This document shows positions 49,714-53,345 of a stretch of DNA of 53,345 nucleotides, piece after piece (the stretch's first letter is position 1; the number at the start of each line of letters is the position of its first letter). Origin of the DNA: Mesotaenium endlicherianum (Eukaryota). Made by a program: the position numbers and the translations under genes. The stretch is from NCBI GenBank assembly GCA_009602735.1, contig WELA01003458.1, positions 1 through 53,345 on the forward strand, in the 5' to 3' direction. The notes under the pieces were generated by a model that saw only the letters and a program-made list of their open reading frames with translations, searched no databases and had not been told where the DNA came from.

Positions 49714-50880
49714 ATGAATCGAAAACTACGAATGGGAATGGTTGGCGGAGGCAAAGATGCCTTTATCGGCGCCATTCACCGTATTGCAGCCAATATGGAT
49801 GGCCTTATTGAATTGGTATGCGGTGCATTAAGTATTAACCCTGAGATCGCAAAGGATTCAGGAAAATCTTTATTCCTGCCGGAGGACCGTATTTACCTCA
49901 CTTTCGAAGAGATGATCAAAAAAGAAAGTGAGCTGCCCGCAGATAAGCGAATGGATTTTGTTACGATCGTTACCCCCAATTTTGCGCACTTTGCTCCTGC
50001 AATGATGGCGCTCGATCATGGATTCAATGTGGTATTGGAAAAGCCCATCACTTTCACGCTCGACGAAGCATTGCAACTGAAAAAGAAACTAGATGAAACC
50101 GGCCTGACCCTTTGCCTCACCCATACCTATTCCGGTTACCCGATGGTAAAACAGGCCCGTGCCATGGTAGCAGAAGGGCAACTGGGTAAGATCAGAAAAG
50201 TATGGGTGGAGTATCCGCAGGGATGGCTGAGCAAATTATCTGAACGCGAAGGAAATGCCCAGGCCGCCTGGCGCACAGATCCCAAACGTTCGGGTAAGAG
50301 CGGCAGCATGGGAGATATCGGCACACATGCCGCGCACCTTGCCGAATATGTAACCGGACTGCAGATCACCGATCTCTGTGCCGATCTGAATATCATGGTA
50401 GAAGGACGTGCCCTCGACGACGATGGTAACGTATTACTGAAATTCAATAACGGCGCCAGGGGTGTATTGATGGCCTCCCAGGTAGCGGCAGGAGAAGAGA
50501 ATGCATTGAAAATTCGTGTATACGGAGAAAATGGCGGCCTCGAATGGGCGCAACAGGAACCCAATACACTGCTGGCAAAATGGTTGCACAAACCCACAGA
50601 GATCCTCCGCGCAGGCGGTAACTATACCGATCGTTTATCCAGTTATGCCACACACAATTGCCGCACACCGGGCGGACACCCCGAAGGATACCTGGAGGCA
50701 TTCGGTAATATCTACCGCAATTTTGCCCTCACACTGTCAACCAAATTAAATGGTGGCACACCTACCAAAGAGATGCTCGACTTCCCTTCAGTAGCAGACG
50801 GTATCCGCGGTATGACATTCATTGATTCCGTAGTGGCTTCTGCGCAATCGGAACTGAAATGGACAAAATTCGGATCTTAA
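49714..50880 (+). CDS. Cytoplasmic Gfo/Idh/MocA oxidoreductase
   Basis: GMVGGG..AFIG.IH, TPNFAH, EKP, GDIGTH, GHPEGYLEAF. Start set at ATG 49714. Confidence 0.93.
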   Translation: MNRKLRMGMVGGGKDAFIGAIHRIAANMDGLIELVCGALSINPEIAKDSGKSLFLPEDRIYLTFEEMIKKESELPADKRMDFVTIVTPNFAHFAPAMMALDHGFNVVLEKPITFTLDEALQLKKKLDETGLTLCLTHTYSGYPMVKQARAMVAEGQLGKIRKVWVEYPQGWLSKLSEREGNAQAAWRTDPKRSGKSGSMGDIGTHAAHLAEYVTGLQITDLCADLNIMVEGRALDDDGNVLLKFNNGARGVLMASQVAAGEENALKIRVYGENGGLEWAQQEPNTLLAKWLHKPTEILRAGGNYTDRLSSYATHNCRTPGGHPEGYLEAFGNIYRNFALTLSTKLNGGTPTKEMLDFPSVADGIRGMTFIDSVVASAQSELKWTKFGS

Positions 50881-50906
50881 AAAATCAATAAACACAATAT
50901 TCATTC

Positions 50907-51965
50907 ATGACCACCATCAAAGGCCCGGGAATATTCCTTGCACAATTCCTGGGTGATCAAGCACCTTTCAATTCTTTGGATTCTATCTGCAAATGGGCGG
51001 CATCATTGGGTTATACCGGTGTGCAGATTCCTACCTGGGACAGCCGCTGTATAGACCTGCAACGTGCGGCAGAGAGCAAGACTTATGCCGACGAAATAAA
51101 AGGCATCGTGAAAGCAGCCGGATTAGAAATAACTGAACTGTCTACGCACCTGCAGGGACAATTGGTTGCCGTGCATCCGGCTTACAATGAGTTATTCGAC
51201 AGTTTTGCTCCCGAAGCTGTGCGCAACAACGCCAAAGCACGTACCGAATGGGCTGTTCAGCAACTGAAATACGCAGCCAAAGCGTCACAAAACCTGGGGT
51301 TGAATGCACATGCCACATTTAGTGGGGCATTGTTATGGCATACCGTGTATCCCTGGCCCCAGCGGCCGGCCGGACTGGTAGAGACGGGCTTTACAGAACT
51401 GGCCAAACGCTGGTTGCCTATCTTACAGGTATTCGATGAACATGGTGTGGACCTCTGTTATGAAGTCCATCCCGGCGAAGACCTGCACGATGGTGTGAGC
51501 TATGAAATGTTCCTTGAAAAAGTTAACGAACATTCGCGAGCTTGTCTCTTATACGATCCTTCACACCTGGCATTGCAGTGCATCGATTACCTGGGTTATA
51601 TAGACCACTACCACGAACGGATTAAAATGTTCCATGTGAAAGATGCTGAGTTCAACCCCACCGCCAAACAAGGCGTGTATGGCGGCTACCAGGGATGGGT
51701 GAACAGGGCCGGGCGCTTCCGTTCGCTGGGCGACGGACAGGTTGATTTCAAATCGATCTTCAGCAAGCTGGCAGCTTATGATTATAAAGGATGGGCCGTT
51801 ATGGAATGGGAATGTGCGCTCAAACACCCGGAAGCCGGCGCGGCCGAAGGCGCACCCTTCATCAAACAAAATATCATTCGTGTTACCGACAAGGCATTCG
51901 ATGATTTTGCAGGAAGAGGCGCAGATGAAAATTTTAACCGCCGCATTTTAGGAATAGATCAATAA
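50907..51965 (+). CDS. Sugar phosphate isomerase/epimerase (TIM barrel)
   Basis: IKGPGIFLAQF, EVHPGEDLHDG, YDPSH, FHVKDAEF, RFRSLGDG, EWEC. Confidence 0.93.
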   Translation: MTTIKGPGIFLAQFLGDQAPFNSLDSICKWAASLGYTGVQIPTWDSRCIDLQRAAESKTYADEIKGIVKAAGLEITELSTHLQGQLVAVHPAYNELFDSFAPEAVRNNAKARTEWAVQQLKYAAKASQNLGLNAHATFSGALLWHTVYPWPQRPAGLVETGFTELAKRWLPILQVFDEHGVDLCYEVHPGEDLHDGVSYEMFLEKVNEHSRACLLYDPSHLALQCIDYLGYIDHYHERIKMFHVKDAEFNPTAKQGVYGGYQGWVNRAGRFRSLGDGQVDFKSIFSKLAAYDYKGWAVMEWECALKHPEAGAAEGAPFIKQNIIRVTDKAFDDFAGRGADENFNRRILGIDQ

Positions 51966-52009
51966 CTTGCCGAATAATCATTAAACCGATAACCGACAAA
52001 GTGAACTTT

Positions 52010-52411
52010 ATGAAAAAGTATTATGTAGCCTTTGCAGTGCTGGCAGCAGTGATGACCGCCTGCGGAGGTAATGATGCAAAAAAAGAAGAGAAAACTACTG
52101 CAACAACAGCCGCCGCTCCGGCAGCAACAACCGATCTCAGTGCTAATCCCGATTATCAAAAAGGACTGGAACTCGTAGCTAAGAATGACTGTCTCACTTG
52201 TCATAAAGTGAGTGAAAAAAACATCGGACCCGCTTATAAAGATGTAGCCGCCAAGTATGAAAACACAGATGCCAACATCAGCATGCTGGCTAGTAAAGTA
52301 ATCAAAGGCGGGCAAGGTGTATGGGGTACTGTTCCCATGACGCCGCATCCGCAATTGAGCGAAGCCGATGCACAACAGATCATCAAATACATTTTCTTAC
52401 TCAAAAAATAA
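52010..52411 (+). CDS. Lipoprotein cytochrome c551/c552
   Basis: MTAC lipobox, CLTCH, GPAY.DVA, GVWG.VPM.PH. Confidence 0.93.
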   Translation: MKKYYVAFAVLAAVMTACGGNDAKKEEKTTATTAAAPAATTDLSANPDYQKGLELVAKNDCLTCHKVSEKNIGPAYKDVAAKYENTDANISMLASKVIKGGQGVWGTVPMTPHPQLSEADAQQIIKYIFLLKK

Positions 52412-52417
52412 TAAACC

Positions 52418-53155
52418 ATGCATCATCTTATTGCAGGTAGTTTGATTGCCGCCGCCGTACTTTTCAATGGCACTGCTAACAATCACACCTATGAAAACAC
52501 CACTGCCGTAGTAAAAAAGAAAGGCTGGGTTTCCTTGTTCGACGGAAAAACAACCAAAGGCTGGCATTCTTACGGTAAGACTACCGCAGGAGAAGCCTGG
52601 AAAGTAACAGATGGGGCTTTATACCTCGATGCATCTAAAAAAGATAAGGCCGACTGGCAAAGCAAAACCGGCGGCGACCTGGTAACCGATGGTGAGTATG
52701 AGAATTTTCACCTGAAGCTCGATTGGAAGATTTCAAAAAATGGCAACAGTGGCGTTATCTTCTGGGTACAGGACGATCCTTCCAAATACAAATATGTATG
52801 GAATACCGGTCCTGAAATGCAGGTGCTCGACAACGACGGCCACCCCGATGGAAAGATCAATAAACACCGCGCCGGTAACCTGTACGACCTGATCGCCGGA
52901 AAAGAAGGCGTGGTAAAAGCTGTTGGCGAATGGAATACAGCTGAGATCATCAGCAACAAAGGGAAGCTCGATTTTATTTTGAACGGCGTAACCGTTGTAT
53001 CTACCACTTACGGCGATGACAACTGGAGACAAATGATAGCAGGCAGTAAGTTCAAAAGCATGCCCGACTTTGCCAAAGTCTTCAAAGGCCATATTGCTTT
53101 ACAAGATCATGGCGGTGATGTGTGGTTCAGGAATATTATGATCAAGCAACTGTAA
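52418..53155 (+). CDS. DUF1080 3-keto-disaccharide hydrolase/hydratase
   Basis: W.SLFDGK...GW, GNSG, GPEMQVLD, LYDL, GEWN, GHIALQDHG..VWFRNI. Confidence 0.94.
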   Translation: MHHLIAGSLIAAAVLFNGTANNHTYENTTAVVKKKGWVSLFDGKTTKGWHSYGKTTAGEAWKVTDGALYLDASKKDKADWQSKTGGDLVTDGEYENFHLKLDWKISKNGNSGVIFWVQDDPSKYKYVWNTGPEMQVLDNDGHPDGKINKHRAGNLYDLIAGKEGVVKAVGEWNTAEIISNKGKLDFILNGVTVVSTTYGDDNWRQMIAGSKFKSMPDFAKVFKGHIALQDHGGDVWFRNIMIKQL

Positions 53156-53184
53156 AAAAGTAGACCTTATATAATCTTGAAGCG

Positions 53185-53219
53185 AAAAGCCCATAGAGCT
53201 TACGTTCTATGGGCTTTTT
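53185..53219. terminator. Bidirectional rho-independent terminator
   Basis: aaaagcccataga / tctatgggctttt stem between convergent genes. Confidence 0.85.
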
Positions 53220-53261
53220 ATTACGCTGCAAATAAACGCTATTTTAAAATTAAGATGCAGA

Positions 53262-53345
53262 TCACTGCAACATATCAAACACAATAGCCGCCAGCAGTCC
53301 TCCAACAACAGGCCCCACTACCGGAATCCAACTATAGCTCCACCC
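53262..53345 (-). CDS. MIP/GlpF aquaglyceroporin, C-terminal fragment cut by the window edge
   Basis: Manual translation gives ...GWSYSWIPVVGPVVGGLLAAIVFDMLQ*, matching the last helix of GlpF-type channels. Confidence 0.75.
   Translation of the reverse strand, partial: GWSYSWIPVVGPVVGGLLAAIVFDMLQ

Overview
Chromosomal window from a Bacteroidota genome, probably Chitinophagaceae-like (inferred from gene content and TAnnTTTG promoter boxes). In order: (1) 0-4.4 kb, a broken antitoxin/PIN-toxin pair and small accessory genes; (2) 4.3-24.2 kb, a micro-oxic/N2O respiration island with a B-family (ba3-type) heme-copper oxidase operon including a 40-aa subunit IIa missing from the ORF track, hemN, a ric-DUF2249-membrane protein-DUF59-Rrf2 operon, a clade II nos cluster, a ligand-depleted RIC paralog, a FixL-like PAS kinase and a REC-Crp/Fnr hybrid regulator; (3) 24.2-25.8 kb, a two-gene operon of an actin-like ATPase and a bactofilin; (4) 26-37 kb, a sulfatase/GH95/FGE/GH2 glycan operon; (5) manC, kpsF, recQ and an OsmC-ferredoxin fusion; (6) 42.5-53.2 kb, a 3-ketoglycoside catabolic cluster; and the 3' end of a GlpF-like gene. 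The two strongest observations are an apparently circularly permuted ParM/StbA-like actin (phosphate-1 motif at the C-terminus) translationally coupled to a bactofilin, and five promoters that share an FNR-like half-site ending exactly 22 nt before the -7 box. All family calls come from motif recognition by eye; no database searches were run.
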